A stretch of DNA of 64,000 nucleotides from a virus. Taxonomy: Duplodnaviria > Caudoviricetes. This document shows, one piece after another, positions 37,526 to 46,899 of the stretch; position 1 is the stretch's first letter; each line of letters starts with the position of its first letter. The translations under genes and the position numbers were made by a program. The stretch is from the IMG/VR virus record IMGVR_UViG_3300037722_001090; one strand, 5' to 3'. The notes under the pieces are model-generated. The model worked only from the letters and a program-made list of their open reading frames with translations. It did not search any database and was not told where the DNA came from.

Positions 37526-37790
37526 AAAATATAATTAGTCTATACATGTTTGTCTTTTTAGGAGACTGGTTATAACCCAGTATAGTAGGTATCTGCCTAT
37601 TGACAGAATTTTGCCACACTAATTTAATACATTATTTAATTGTCAATGAACTTAATCAACACTACGAAATAGATTAGTTGAAAGCTTAATCATATCATTC
37701 GATATATTGATTTCAAATTTTTTAAAAAGAACAACTACAAAAATAGCAAAAATTAAACATAAATACCAAAACATAGCGTATCCTTAAATT

Positions 37791-37820
37791 AAAAAACCGC
37801 AGGGATTATCTCCGCTGCGG
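37791..37820 (-). terminator. intrinsic terminator
   Basis: CCGCAG..CTGCGG hairpin followed by a T run on the minus strand. Confidence 0.7.
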
Positions 37821-38085
37821 CTAAAATAAGAATATGTATTATATTACTTAAGTAGTTACGCAGCTAGTATTAGTTGCCCAGAGATTGCCTAGATTCTTAT
37901 TATCATGGCTAGCAAAGGCTGGTATAAATGGGCGCTCAATAATTTGATACACGGGTACATTCATCTCAAGAGGTTTAAGTCTTGAATTGCATGAATAGCA
38001 CGCTTGTGTTTGAGCTAAAGAGCAACAACAGATCATTTTACTAATACTTCCTTTTCAAAAATAGCACGACTTGTGTGCTTATGTT

Positions 38086-38095
38086 TGTTAATAAC
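38086..38095 (-). promoter_or_regulatory. GTTATTAACA motif (not endonuclease-linked)
   Basis: Upstream of the small Cys-rich ORF 37848-38036. Confidence 0.5.
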
Positions 38096-38130
38096 TGGTT
38101 ATGTTTTTTTACGGAAAACTTTATTTAAGA

Positions 38131-38284
38131 TGCTAGAGAACATGCGATAAGAGAGATGGCCGAAGCCGTTCATACCGGTGCGTTTACCAATTTCGCCACC
38201 CCTCCATAAAAGTGGAGGACGCAGGACTCGAACCTGCAAATATCCGGTCCCAATAGAAGTAACTCTTATCTATCACTACTAGCA
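38131..38284 (-). ncRNA. Y RNA-like 7 (YrlA-type)
   Basis: TGCTAG-TAGTGATAG-ATAAGAG-TTACTTC ... GCAGG-TTCGAGT-CCTGC, closed acceptor, Leu-type D arm GGCGAAATTGGTAAACGC ... CTCTTATCGCATGTTCT-CTAGCA. Confidence 0.8.
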
Positions 38285-38289
38285 ATCAA

Positions 38290-38652
38290 TTAATTTTTAC
38301 GATCGACTTTGACGAAGATCTCATTAGGTGCTTCAGGAAAGTATTTAAAAAGAGCAGGACAAAGCCATCCTTCAATTCCAATTACATCCTTAACAACACA
38401 GTCCGTAATAGTATACCAGTTGCCGCCCCACTCTTCGCGTGTACGAACGAGAGAGATTTGGCTACCAGGGAAATTACTAGCAGAGAAGGTAAGAGCAACA
38501 CCTTTCTCTGCTTCAGGAATATCACCAGTAAGTGCATCAATCATAAAATTGATTGCACCAACAAAAGGTTCACGAACAAGACCAACTTTGTCATCATCAA
38601 ACGCCCAGATGCCACCGTTCCTGTACGGATAGATAACCATCAGTGCATTCAT
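38290..38652 (-). CDS. conserved hypothetical protein (DUF6717-like)
   Basis: IYPY..GIWAFDD..GL.REPFV, WLCPALFKYF. Confidence 0.6.
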   Translation of the reverse strand: MNALMVIYPYRNGGIWAFDDDKVGLVREPFVGAINFMIDALTGDIPEAEKGVALTFSASNFPGSQISLVRTREEWGGNWYTITDCVVKDVIGIEGWLCPALFKYFPEAPNEIFVKVDRKN

Positions 38653-38656
38653 ATGA

Positions 38657-39394
38657 TTAACGAGTCACAGCACGAATAGGAGTACGCAGCCAATCAGCTT
38701 CGCCACAGAAATCTGCAGCACGAGCCATAAGACCATTGAACTTATTGCCGAGGCCAGGATTAGTAATCTGGAACTCAAGCGTAAACGGCTTGAATCCAGC
38801 AGTAGGAAGGCTCACCTTCTGAACAACCATGCCATCGGGGGTAGTAGCAGAGCTAAGTACCGTAGCTACACCAGCACAACCGCACTGCGCATCAATGGCA
38901 GTAACAAGAGGTCCAAAAAGCCAGTCCTGACGATGATTAAATTCACGAGCAGCATGGTTAAAGGTATTTTTCAGCTTGTCAGCTACAGCTGCAGTACGAA
39001 GAGTGAATACAATGGAGTAGGGCTGAAAACCAGCAGCCACTTCATTAAGTGCAGTTTTAATAACACGAAGGCCATCAGCTGCAGCAATAACAGCACAAGT
39101 ATTGTCTTCGACAGTAGCGGCAGCAGTAGCAGGACCGGTAATACGAGCAGTAGCTTCAGCTGTGAAAAAGCGGAGAGTACGCTCGGCAGCAATAATGCGT
39201 CCAATGTTCTGAACCTTGCTGTAAGAACGGACATTGGTAAGATTAAGACGCTGAGCAACATCTTCAATTACCCAGTAATTGTCAGTTGAGCGCTTTCCAC
39301 CAGTAACGCGAGCGCCGGTTTCATCACGCACAACACATCTGTTACGAAGCTCTTGTTCAAATGCGGCAAGAGTAGGACGAATAACATCAGTCAT
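38657..39394 (-). CDS. hypothetical protein
   Basis: Ala-rich ORF directly downstream of the TROVE gene. Confidence 0.75.
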   Translation of the reverse strand: MTDVIRPTLAAFEQELRNRCVVRDETGARVTGGKRSTDNYWVIEDVAQRLNLTNVRSYSKVQNIGRIIAAERTLRFFTAEATARITGPATAAATVEDNTCAVIAAADGLRVIKTALNEVAAGFQPYSIVFTLRTAAVADKLKNTFNHAAREFNHRQDWLFGPLVTAIDAQCGCAGVATVLSSATTPDGMVVQKVSLPTAGFKPFTLEFQITNPGLGNKFNGLMARAADFCGEADWLRTPIRAVTR

Positions 39395-39455
39395 TTTTGA
39401 TTCCTTTAAAATAGTTGTTTTAAAAAGGGGCCACACTATGTGACCCCACAGTTAA

Positions 39456-40883
39456 TTAAGCAGCATGAATAGCAAGAGACTTTTCATACTCACGAACATA
39501 GTCAATAGTTGCTTCAGAGAAGCCGTTGACATGAGTCCATTTGGAATTGTAGCCAACACCATTTTCATAGCTAGCAACATTGATAATATAGCCAAGCCCA
39601 TTAGGCTGTGCAATGCCAGTTTGGCTCTGTTCGTCAGTAAAGACGATGATACGGTCATACTTGCCATTAGTCTTGTTAATATACTCAACAGCACGATGAA
39701 GATCAGTACCGCCAAATCGCTGACTGTTCTTAATAGCCTCACGAAGAGCAAATCCACGACGAGGAGCAATCTGCTTAACGTCAGTAGAAAAGCTATAGAC
39801 ATCAACTTCTTCGCAAACTTCACGAGCAAGCATAGCAATGCCAAAGGCTGCATCCATACGAGTCATTTCGCTTTTGTCAGACATCTTAGCGCACATGGAA
39901 CCAGAGACGTCAACAAGAAGGATAGTCTTACCAGCAATCTTCTCTTGTACATCAAGACATTTCAGCATACCAGTTTCAAGAGCATCTTCATACTGAGGAG
40001 CATAGTTCGCAGCAGTAATGAAGCGATAAGGAAGAACACGTTCAGGGTTCATGCTACGAAGCGCATTCTTGATTAAGGCAGGATCAACGCCAGCTTCAGT
40101 CATTCCGCGCAAGTTACGAAGAAGTGCCAACGCACCAAGAAGATTTTTTTGCTCAGGATCAAGATTAGCATTCAGCATACGAGTGAACGTATCCTTTTTA
40201 TTCTCACCAGCGGACAGATTAGTTTCCCAGGTATCAGGAGTTGCAAGAGTGTCAGCTGCCAACTTTGCCCAGAGTGCAGCCTGAGCAGCATCCTTAGGTT
40301 TAGCGTGGCACAAGAATAGCACGTCGCGGAGCTTAATGGCACTGTTGCGATTGTATTTCGCAAGAGAATACTCATCAAACTTAGTGAACGCACGAGCAAG
40401 ACCCTTTTTCACGGAAGCTGCAATAGGAGTCTTCTTGAATACGCGCTCAGTAGTAAGCCGCATGCTGTCATAGTAGCCGTATCCTTTAGTAGCCTTTGTC
40501 TCAGTTTCCGTCCAATACATAGCAAGAAACTCAGCAAGCTCATCAGGACGCTGAATAACAGCCTCAAGAGCATCAGCGACAATATGACGATGAGTCGGAA
40601 TGCGAGCAGCCTCACGAACTAGCATGAGAGGGGCATGCCGCAGTTTAAAAGCAGTACGAGCCTCAAGCGCAAGAGCAGCAACAGTTTCCGGAGGAACAGT
40701 TGCTACCAAATTTTTGATACGCTCAGACACAGAAATACCATCTTCGTAAAAGTTATCCTCAAACAGAAGACAACCAAGAATAGTACGACGAAGCATCTCT
40801 TCGTTTTTTGCTACAACCACACTTGCGCCTGCATGATTGAGGGATCGGATAGCACGAGGTGCTGGTTTATTTGTTTTCGCCAT
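39456..40883 (-). CDS. Ro60/TROVE-domain RNA-binding protein with a vWA domain
   Basis: N..G, LLFEDNFYE, LRDVLFLCH, TWE, ALLRNL, LPYRF, VDVSGSM (MIDAS), GGTD, VFTDEQ, GFSE. Confidence 0.95.
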   Translation of the reverse strand: MAKTNKPAPRAIRSLNHAGASVVVAKNEEMLRRTILGCLLFEDNFYEDGISVSERIKNLVATVPPETVAALALEARTAFKLRHAPLMLVREAARIPTHRHIVADALEAVIQRPDELAEFLAMYWTETETKATKGYGYYDSMRLTTERVFKKTPIAASVKKGLARAFTKFDEYSLAKYNRNSAIKLRDVLFLCHAKPKDAAQAALWAKLAADTLATPDTWETNLSAGENKKDTFTRMLNANLDPEQKNLLGALALLRNLRGMTEAGVDPALIKNALRSMNPERVLPYRFITAANYAPQYEDALETGMLKCLDVQEKIAGKTILLVDVSGSMCAKMSDKSEMTRMDAAFGIAMLAREVCEEVDVYSFSTDVKQIAPRRGFALREAIKNSQRFGGTDLHRAVEYINKTNGKYDRIIVFTDEQSQTGIAQPNGLGYIINVASYENGVGYNSKWTHVNGFSEATIDYVREYEKSLAIHAA

Positions 40884-40898
40884 CGGTATATTCCTTTA

Positions 40899-41081
40899 TT
40901 ATTTATTAATTAAAGCTTGTGTGAATAGAACTGCTTCATCATGACCAAAATCCTCTTTACGCAAAGCATTATATTGCTTACGTGTCATTTTTGCATTAAG
41001 GTCAAATATGGCATCACGTTCACATAGCAATTTAGCAGCTTGCTCTGTCTGGTCAATAATATGCTTAATATCGTTATTCAT
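40899..41081 (-). CDS. hypothetical protein
   Basis: 60-aa ORF. Confidence 0.55.
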   Translation of the reverse strand: MNNDIKHIIDQTEQAAKLLCERDAIFDLNAKMTRKQYNALRKEDFGHDEAVLFTQALINK

Positions 41082-41094
41082 AATTACCTTTTTA

Positions 41095-42105
41095 CTAAAT
41101 GTTATTTAAGATTTCGCCAAATACTTCACGTTGGATAAGACGGACAAGCCAGTCTTCCCAGCGCTTACGATTTACTTCACTGGGATACTCAGAAATAGCA
41201 GTAAGCTTTTCACAAGTATCAATTAGAGATTCCATTAAGGGAAGAACTTCCGTTAAATAATCCATCTCTCCGTTTTTAATTTTTCGTAGCGTAGAGCCAC
41301 AGCTTAATGGATACTGTATAGTACCAACAGTCATTATGGAGATAAGCTGAAAAGCAGCACGAATAGCATGACTTATCGCTTTCCAATCAATACCTTCATT
41401 AGCTTCTGCCTTCTTAGCTCTAGCGCCATATTCATCATACTTCTTTTTTATGCCATCACGCATATATTCAAGAGTAACAGTTTCCTGAAACTTCTGACCA
41501 CATACTTGATACATACGATATTGGTTCTTATCTCCAGCATCAGGAGACAGTTTATGGATATGTTCACCGGCAGGCAAACAGTCCCAAGTACCATCTAGCT
41601 TAATGCTAATGTTACGATCCACAACAAAATCAAGAACCGCTTTCATTGCAATAAGACGAGAGCCTTTAACTCCATATTTAGCAGCTTGTGAGCGAGCATA
41701 TCCAATAAATGATTTTAATTCGCTTGTATAAAACTCTGATCTAGAAGCAGTCATCTCGTCCCAGATTACAGAAGTAGCAAATATTTTATCTTTAGGAATA
41801 TGCAACATATCAAGAGCAGCAGTATCGCCGTCCATAGCAAGTTTAAGGAAATAATTAAGAGAATAGAATTCAATATCTACATCATCTTTACTGTTCTTCC
41901 CATCTGTTTCTTTTGTCTTAAAATGAATAGATTTTGGATAAAGACCAAGATAAACTTCTCTTTTTGTAGGCATATAAATGCCTTTAAAGTCCCAGTCTGA
42001 ATCTTCAGTATTTGCACCATAAAGACGAGAGCCAAATACTCCAAACATTAAAACATTCAAGTTTCCTATTTCAGGAAACATTTTTAATACTTTTTGATAA
42101 TTCAT
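41095..42105 (-). CDS. Pol-beta-superfamily nucleotidyltransferase (RlaP-like)
   Basis: FGSRLYG..TEDSDWDFKGIY, D.E.YSL..F, WKAISHA.R. Confidence 0.87.
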   Translation of the reverse strand: MNYQKVLKMFPEIGNLNVLMFGVFGSRLYGANTEDSDWDFKGIYMPTKREVYLGLYPKSIHFKTKETDGKNSKDDVDIEFYSLNYFLKLAMDGDTAALDMLHIPKDKIFATSVIWDEMTASRSEFYTSELKSFIGYARSQAAKYGVKGSRLIAMKAVLDFVVDRNISIKLDGTWDCLPAGEHIHKLSPDAGDKNQYRMYQVCGQKFQETVTLEYMRDGIKKKYDEYGARAKKAEANEGIDWKAISHAIRAAFQLISIMTVGTIQYPLSCGSTLRKIKNGEMDYLTEVLPLMESLIDTCEKLTAISEYPSEVNRKRWEDWLVRLIQREVFGEILNNI

Positions 42106-42594
42106 ATATTCCTAACTAATATTTACTAGTTTAACAACCTTACTTTGATTACTGTCATGATAGATCGTCTGATTTAATTTGTTTTCTACAACCTTTTTTA
42201 CTTTGATCTTTCTTTTTATCAGGAACAGTAGTGTTAGGAGGTAGAATAACCCTAGGGGCAACCTTCTTCCATAAAGGTGTCTTATTGCATTTCATGTTTA
42301 CATCTCCGACAAGCATGATATTTAGTAAGTTTGTATCCGTCAATAATATTGCCGGTAATTTCAAAATACCTATGTCCTAAAATTTTACAAATAAAACTAA
42401 TCATTTTGATTCTGTTCCATCAGGCATAGGGACATGAAGAGTATTAGAAAAGTGTTTAATATAATTCAGATAAAAAATAACCGAATCAAACTCTTCTTTC
42501 TTCAATGTAATACGATCAACAGGAATATCATTGCCGCTTTTAGCTTTCAACTGGATCGTATCTATCAGTGTATCAACTGCAATCATATTCATTG

Positions 42595-42873
42595 TTAAGT
42601 TTCCTGTTTTATTAGTGGCTCATAAAGGAATTTTGTTTTACATCGCCTGCATTTCCATTCAGCAGGGACATTACTATATCCAATAAGTTGAATTTGCTCA
42701 TCGCCACACCTAGGACAATAAGGTGTATGATGACTAAGATGTTCACGCCTATCTGTCAACTCAAAAGTTTTTTCTAACCAACCAGGAGGTAAAGACCATT
42801 CTTCTTCATGATAAGTCTTATCGGATTGTTTCATTACTGCTCTCCAATAGGATTCAGTATTGTTATACGACAA
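42595..42873 (-). CDS. Zn-ribbon hypothetical protein
   Basis: CPRCG..WKCRRC. Confidence 0.6.
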   Translation of the reverse strand: MSYNNTESYWRAVMKQSDKTYHEEEWSLPPGWLEKTFELTDRREHLSHHTPYCPRCGDEQIQLIGYSNVPAEWKCRRCKTKFLYEPLIKQET

Positions 42874-43115
42874 TTAAGCTTACCAAGTTTAGCAAAGTCA
42901 GAAAACCCAGCAGGAATTTCACCGTCTGTTTTCTTCCAATTCTTACGAGCTTGTCCTTTAGAAGGAAAGATACCAGAACAAACAAGAATATCAAACATAT
43001 CCCATTTAGAATCGATAGGAACTTGAACTACTTCTTCTTTAGGGCAACCAAAGAAAAGTTCACAATCACCTTCTTTTTCATTCCCATTTAAGATAAGAAA
43101 ATTAAATTCACTCAT
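42834..43115 (-). CDS. hypothetical protein
   Basis: 93-aa ORF; IFPSKGQARKN is S4-like. Confidence 0.55.
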   Translation of the reverse strand: MSEFNFLILNGNEKEGDCELFFGCPKEEVVQVPIDSKWDMFDILVCSGIFPSKGQARKNWKKTDGEIPAGFSDFAKLGKLNCRITILNPIGEQ

Positions 43116-43116
43116 A

Positions 43117-43503
43117 TTATTTACACACTTTAAGCATTATAGACATAAAAAACCCTATAAACGCCATTGCACCAGAAGTGCTAAGAAGTAAAATAGGAAA
43201 GAAAACAAAAAATACATTACTAAAAAAATTTTGTTTTATATCAAAATCACGGAGAGAAATAGTTACTTTATCTCCTTCTTTGATTTGTGAAAGATATGAA
43301 TAAGAAATGTGTTGATCAATTCTCAGGCCATCACTAAATTCATAAACAGCAACAGGATGAGATGACTGTTTATATCCAGCAGGCTCGATATATAATTTTA
43401 CAATAGTTACATCTCTTGGTTTAAGTTTGTTATATTCCGGTAAATACATTAAAGAAAAACCTATAACAGTAACAATAAGCCAAACAATAAATATATTACG
43501 CAT
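43117..43503 (-). CDS. membrane protein (two TM segments)
   Basis: Hydrophobic N- and C-terminal segments. Confidence 0.7.
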   Translation of the reverse strand: MRNIFIVWLIVTVIGFSLMYLPEYNKLKPRDVTIVKLYIEPAGYKQSSHPVAVYEFSDGLRIDQHISYSYLSQIKEGDKVTISLRDFDIKQNFFSNVFFVFFPILLLSTSGAMAFIGFFMSIMLKVCK

Positions 43504-43570
43504 TACAAATGCTCCTTAATAGTTAATAGCAATACTTACAAGACAGTAAGTTCTCCTATTAAATATTAAA

Positions 43571-43595
43571 GACTGGGCCCTTCGGGGGCCCAGCC
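43571..43595 (-). terminator. GC-rich hairpin, probable terminator
   Basis: CTGGGCCC-TTCGG-GGGCCCAG right after a stop codon. Confidence 0.6.
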
Positions 43596-43599
43596 TTAA

Positions 43600-43800
43600 T
43601 TATATAAATCCTACAACACAGCCGATAGGAGCAACCAGAATACCAATACAGCGGATAACAAGTTCTCCAGTTATAGTTGAAAAATCAGAATTCATAACTT
43701 TCATTATGTTCCAAATCCAACCCCATGCACCAAGGCAAACTATAATCGAGAAGATAAGTTCAATGGTACTCAGTCCTTTTTCATTTTCGATCAAATTCAT
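43600..43800 (-). CDS. small membrane protein with a prepilin-like leader
   Basis: EKG|LSTIELIFSIIV. Confidence 0.6.
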   Translation of the reverse strand: MNLIENEKGLSTIELIFSIIVCLGAWGWIWNIMKVMNSDFSTITGELVIRCIGILVAPIGCVVGFI

Positions 43801-43811
43801 AAGAGCTTCCT

Positions 43812-44453
43812 TTATTTGTGTTGAATCTTCCCTTGATTAAAAGGCCGTATGAAGTTCACTATATGTGACCACACACTTGCTTCATAATCGTTAGGGTCAT
43901 GATTCGGTCGCTTACGTACACCGCCCGCACCTCGATTATATGACAACACGGCTTTACCCCAACCACCAGGTCCTTTAAATTGATCCAGTTGCATTTTAAA
44001 ATAACGACTCGCTAGTCTTATATTAAAGCGATCATTAGTCAGTAGTGCAACTAGAAGTTCTTCGTCGTGATTGAATCGTCCAAGATCCGGATATTGTCTT
44101 AGTATCTCTTTCGCCGTATTAATTCGGATCTGGCAGATTCCATAAGACTTATCACCAAAGGCGCGTTTATCACCCTTTTTAAATCTTCCATTTGGATCAT
44201 TATAGGCATAGCGATCATCGCCAACAATTCCGCCTGGACTTGCAACTTTGGATCCACGTAAACTTTCCTGCCATAGAATTGACTGAATAGTTTCTGGGAA
44301 TCCGATACGAGTACCTTCCTCATATGCAATTACCAGAAGATTAGCTTGTCTTTCTGTCACAACACTAGGATACTCATGTGATGCACCAAAAGAGTTACCG
44401 ACCCATACGAGTAAGAGTATCAACATCCCACTCATTAGTATCAGTTTCTTCAT
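43812..44453 (-). CDS. secreted lytic transglycosylase (SLT-like)
   Basis: Signal peptide; WQES, YGICQI, N......Y, SYNRG. Confidence 0.78.
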   Translation of the reverse strand: MKKLILMSGMLILLLVWVGNSFGASHEYPSVVTERQANLLVIAYEEGTRIGFPETIQSILWQESLRGSKVASPGGIVGDDRYAYNDPNGRFKKGDKRAFGDKSYGICQIRINTAKEILRQYPDLGRFNHDEELLVALLTNDRFNIRLASRYFKMQLDQFKGPGGWGKAVLSYNRGAGGVRKRPNHDPNDYEASVWSHIVNFIRPFNQGKIQHK

Positions 44454-44655
44454 TAACTTCCCCTTCGCCAGTCATTTCCATAATAAGTTCTTGTTCAATT
44501 TCAATAGCTCGCAATTCAACAATGTCAAGATCAACAATATTAAATGCTTCGCAAATCTCTATAAAAGACTGAAGCATTGCCTTAGTCTTTACAAGTTCCA
44601 TTAATAGAAACTCCTGCATTTGTTTTAATTCGTTAACTGATATGTCCATAGTCAC
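44395..44655 (-). CDS. acidic hypothetical protein
   Basis: 86-aa ORF. Confidence 0.55.
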   Translation of the reverse strand: MTMDISVNELKQMQEFLLMELVKTKAMLQSFIEICEAFNIVDLDIVELRAIEIEQELIMEMTGEGEVNEETDTNEWDVDTLTRMGR

Positions 44656-44791
44656 CTATTAAATCATTCTCCAAATATCAGCCATCGGTTTTCCGTTCCA
44701 CGAATGACCCATTTCGCTGAATCGGCCAAAAGAAATATCGATCTCATTTAGAGTCTCGAATTCTTTAATGACTGTGCATTCTTCTTCTTTA

Positions 44792-45376
44792 TCAGTGTTT
44801 AGTTTCTTTTCCATCATCAGGCTCCAAGCCTGAAGGGTTGTCAAGTTTTACAAGAAATTTTTGCATATAAGGAAACTCATTACCTTTAGATTTTAGTGCT
44901 GCCATTTCTGCAGCAATAGAACCTTTAAGCTTACTATGATGTTTTTCACCAGCAATTAAAATTGTACCAAGACTTCCATCAGAATTCAGTAGAAGCCATG
45001 CAATACAAAAATCTTTGCGTGACATATCACATGCATAACGAGCAACATTAAACAAGGTAGAAAGAGACTCATATAGCATAATCTGTTTAGTAAAACGGAC
45101 AGTCTCATTCAGGTCTTTACTAAGATATATATCCTTTACTTCTACATCTAGAAACTTAGCAACAGTTTCCGTTTCATATTTATCTGCATAGCTAGAACAA
45201 AAAACACCGTCAAACAAATTATCATCCGTAAGAATGATAGAGTTCATAACATTGTTAAAGTCTTTCATTTTTCGATTAACAACATTAGCAGTTTTTGCTA
45301 AGTTACTAGGATTACTAGAAACCTCTTCTTCTAGACTACACATTTCATTGTACATTCTTTGCGCTTCGGGGGTCAT
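44792..45376 (-). CDS. hypothetical protein
   Basis: 194-aa ORF. Confidence 0.7.
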   Translation of the reverse strand: MTPEAQRMYNEMCSLEEEVSSNPSNLAKTANVVNRKMKDFNNVMNSIILTDDNLFDGVFCSSYADKYETETVAKFLDVEVKDIYLSKDLNETVRFTKQIMLYESLSTLFNVARYACDMSRKDFCIAWLLLNSDGSLGTILIAGEKHHSKLKGSIAAEMAALKSKGNEFPYMQKFLVKLDNPSGLEPDDGKETKH

Positions 45377-45761
45377 ATTTAACCTTTACGAAAGAATAGG
45401 CCTTTAATGAGATAATACCCAACAAAGGCAACACCCAGGGCCATAAAGACAAAGGCGAGTTTAAAAACGATATTGGCCAGAAAAAAACCAAGACCAACAA
45501 GTGCAATAAGACCAAACACAATACCAAGTTTAAAATTAGTCGGCATTTTACTTTCCTTTAATCCGAGAAGTTACAGTCAGTACAAGCAAGCATCCCTGAA
45601 GAAATTTCTTCAAGTTCACCAGTATTACAGACAGGACATTTTTTACCACTTTCAATCTTTGCTGCAGCACCATCTTCTACAATATCACGCTTACGACCAA
45701 AAAAACCTTCCATTGAATACCTCTGTATAAGAATTTTTAAAATACCCTAAGAATAGCATGA

Positions 45762-45944
45762 CTAATTATCAGCAAGTTTCCTGATAACGTCAGCAATAGA
45801 CAAGCCACTGATAGCATCAGCCCCAAAGCGTAAAAGTGCTTTTTCTCTAATTTCACCTTCAGTTAAACCATCAAGAAAATCAAGACCATTACAGATAGGA
45901 CTAATCACAACATCCATAGCTGCGCCTAAGAGTTTTCCAAACAT
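45762..45944 (-). CDS. hypothetical protein
   Basis: 60-aa ORF. Confidence 0.55.
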   Translation of the reverse strand: MFGKLLGAAMDVVISPICNGLDFLDGLTEGEIREKALLRFGADAISGLSIADVIRKLADN

Positions 45945-46076
45945 ATAAGTTAACCTTTTCTTAAAAAAAAGAGGGACTGCGTGCCATTACCTATACTGAC
46001 ATACTCGGTTTCCCGTCATTGTCATCATAAGTTAGACATACAATCCCTCTTGACCTTTTCAGTCTTTCACTGGGAA

Positions 46077-46286
46077 TTACTTGGGAGCAAGAATAGCAGC
46101 CTGTTCATTGCTGACCATGTATTTGTGGTTGTTTTTGAGGTAATCAATTGCACCCCAAGAAACAAGGCTGACCCTGGCTTCTTTGGTGATCTTGATAACC
46201 CTGGTACCAGCACCAATGGTAACACCAGAAACGCCTTTGAGTTTCTTCAGTGCATCAACAGCCTCATTATACTTCTGCTCTGCCAT
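46077..46286 (-). CDS. hypothetical protein
   Basis: 69-aa ORF with an AGGA RBS. Confidence 0.6.
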   Translation of the reverse strand: MAEQKYNEAVDALKKLKGVSGVTIGAGTRVIKITKEARVSLVSWGAIDYLKNNHKYMVSNEQAAILAPK

Positions 46287-46510
46287 TTTACATTCCTTTT
46301 AATGACGGGTTATTTTTCTTTAGTGGAAATTTCTTTCTCACCAACATAAAGTTCGTGAGCTTTTTCCTGAATCGTGTTAATTTTGCTTTTAACACTGACG
46401 AGCTTATCGGTTGTATATTCACAACCAAGATAAAACCCAAGCGTAAAAAACATCAAAGCAATGATAAGTGATTTCATTGTACGTCTCCTGAAGTTGATAC
46501 TTAAAAAAAT

Positions 46511-46654
46511 CTATTCACAGCGGATTTGCACCTATATCTATTGACTTATGTTCTCCTGTGTATCTCACAGTTAACATTACGCTAAGAATAGCAAAAGACT
46601 TCCTGCTGTCTCCTCCTTTAAAGGGAGGCGCTCTCCTACTAAGCTAGTGAATAG
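46511..46654 (-). ncRNA. tRNA-like RNA with a UUA anticodon loop and a ~70-nt insert in the T stem
   Basis: CTATTCAC/GTGAATAG; D arm; CCTCC-CTTTAAA-GGAGG; T arm split AGC...GG-TGCAAAT-CCGCT. Confidence 0.6.
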
Positions 46655-46836
46655 AAAATCTGAGTTTATCCTACGGCTCCACATGCTATAACTCTAGGTT
46701 ACATGTTTCACTGCCGGTAAATGATAATTGCCACTAAGTCTCTTATCTCAGAATGGAAACGCAGCCGATCTCTATGTATCGGCTCGATTTTCTTGGCAAT
46801 AAAACAATTAAAATCTTTTTCATACTTCTTCTAAAA

Positions 46837-46895
46837 TGGAGCCGGGGCATGGGTGCTACCCATTACGGCAACTAGTATTTTATCCGATTCCCGGC
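46837..46895 (-). ncRNA. mini tRNA-like element
   Basis: GCCGGG/CCCGGC-T-CCA; ATGGG-TAGCA-CCCAT hairpin. Confidence 0.45.
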
Positions 46896-46899
46896 ATAA

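Noticed and set aside
37620-37650. Sigma-70 promoter (TTGACA on the minus strand)
   Set aside because: There is no good -10 box at 16-18 nt spacing.
30060-38284. Repeated GAAGTAACT..TATCTAC motif as a CRISPR array
   Set aside because: The copies are irregularly spaced, degenerate and part of paired stems; there is no repeat-spacer periodicity and no cas gene.
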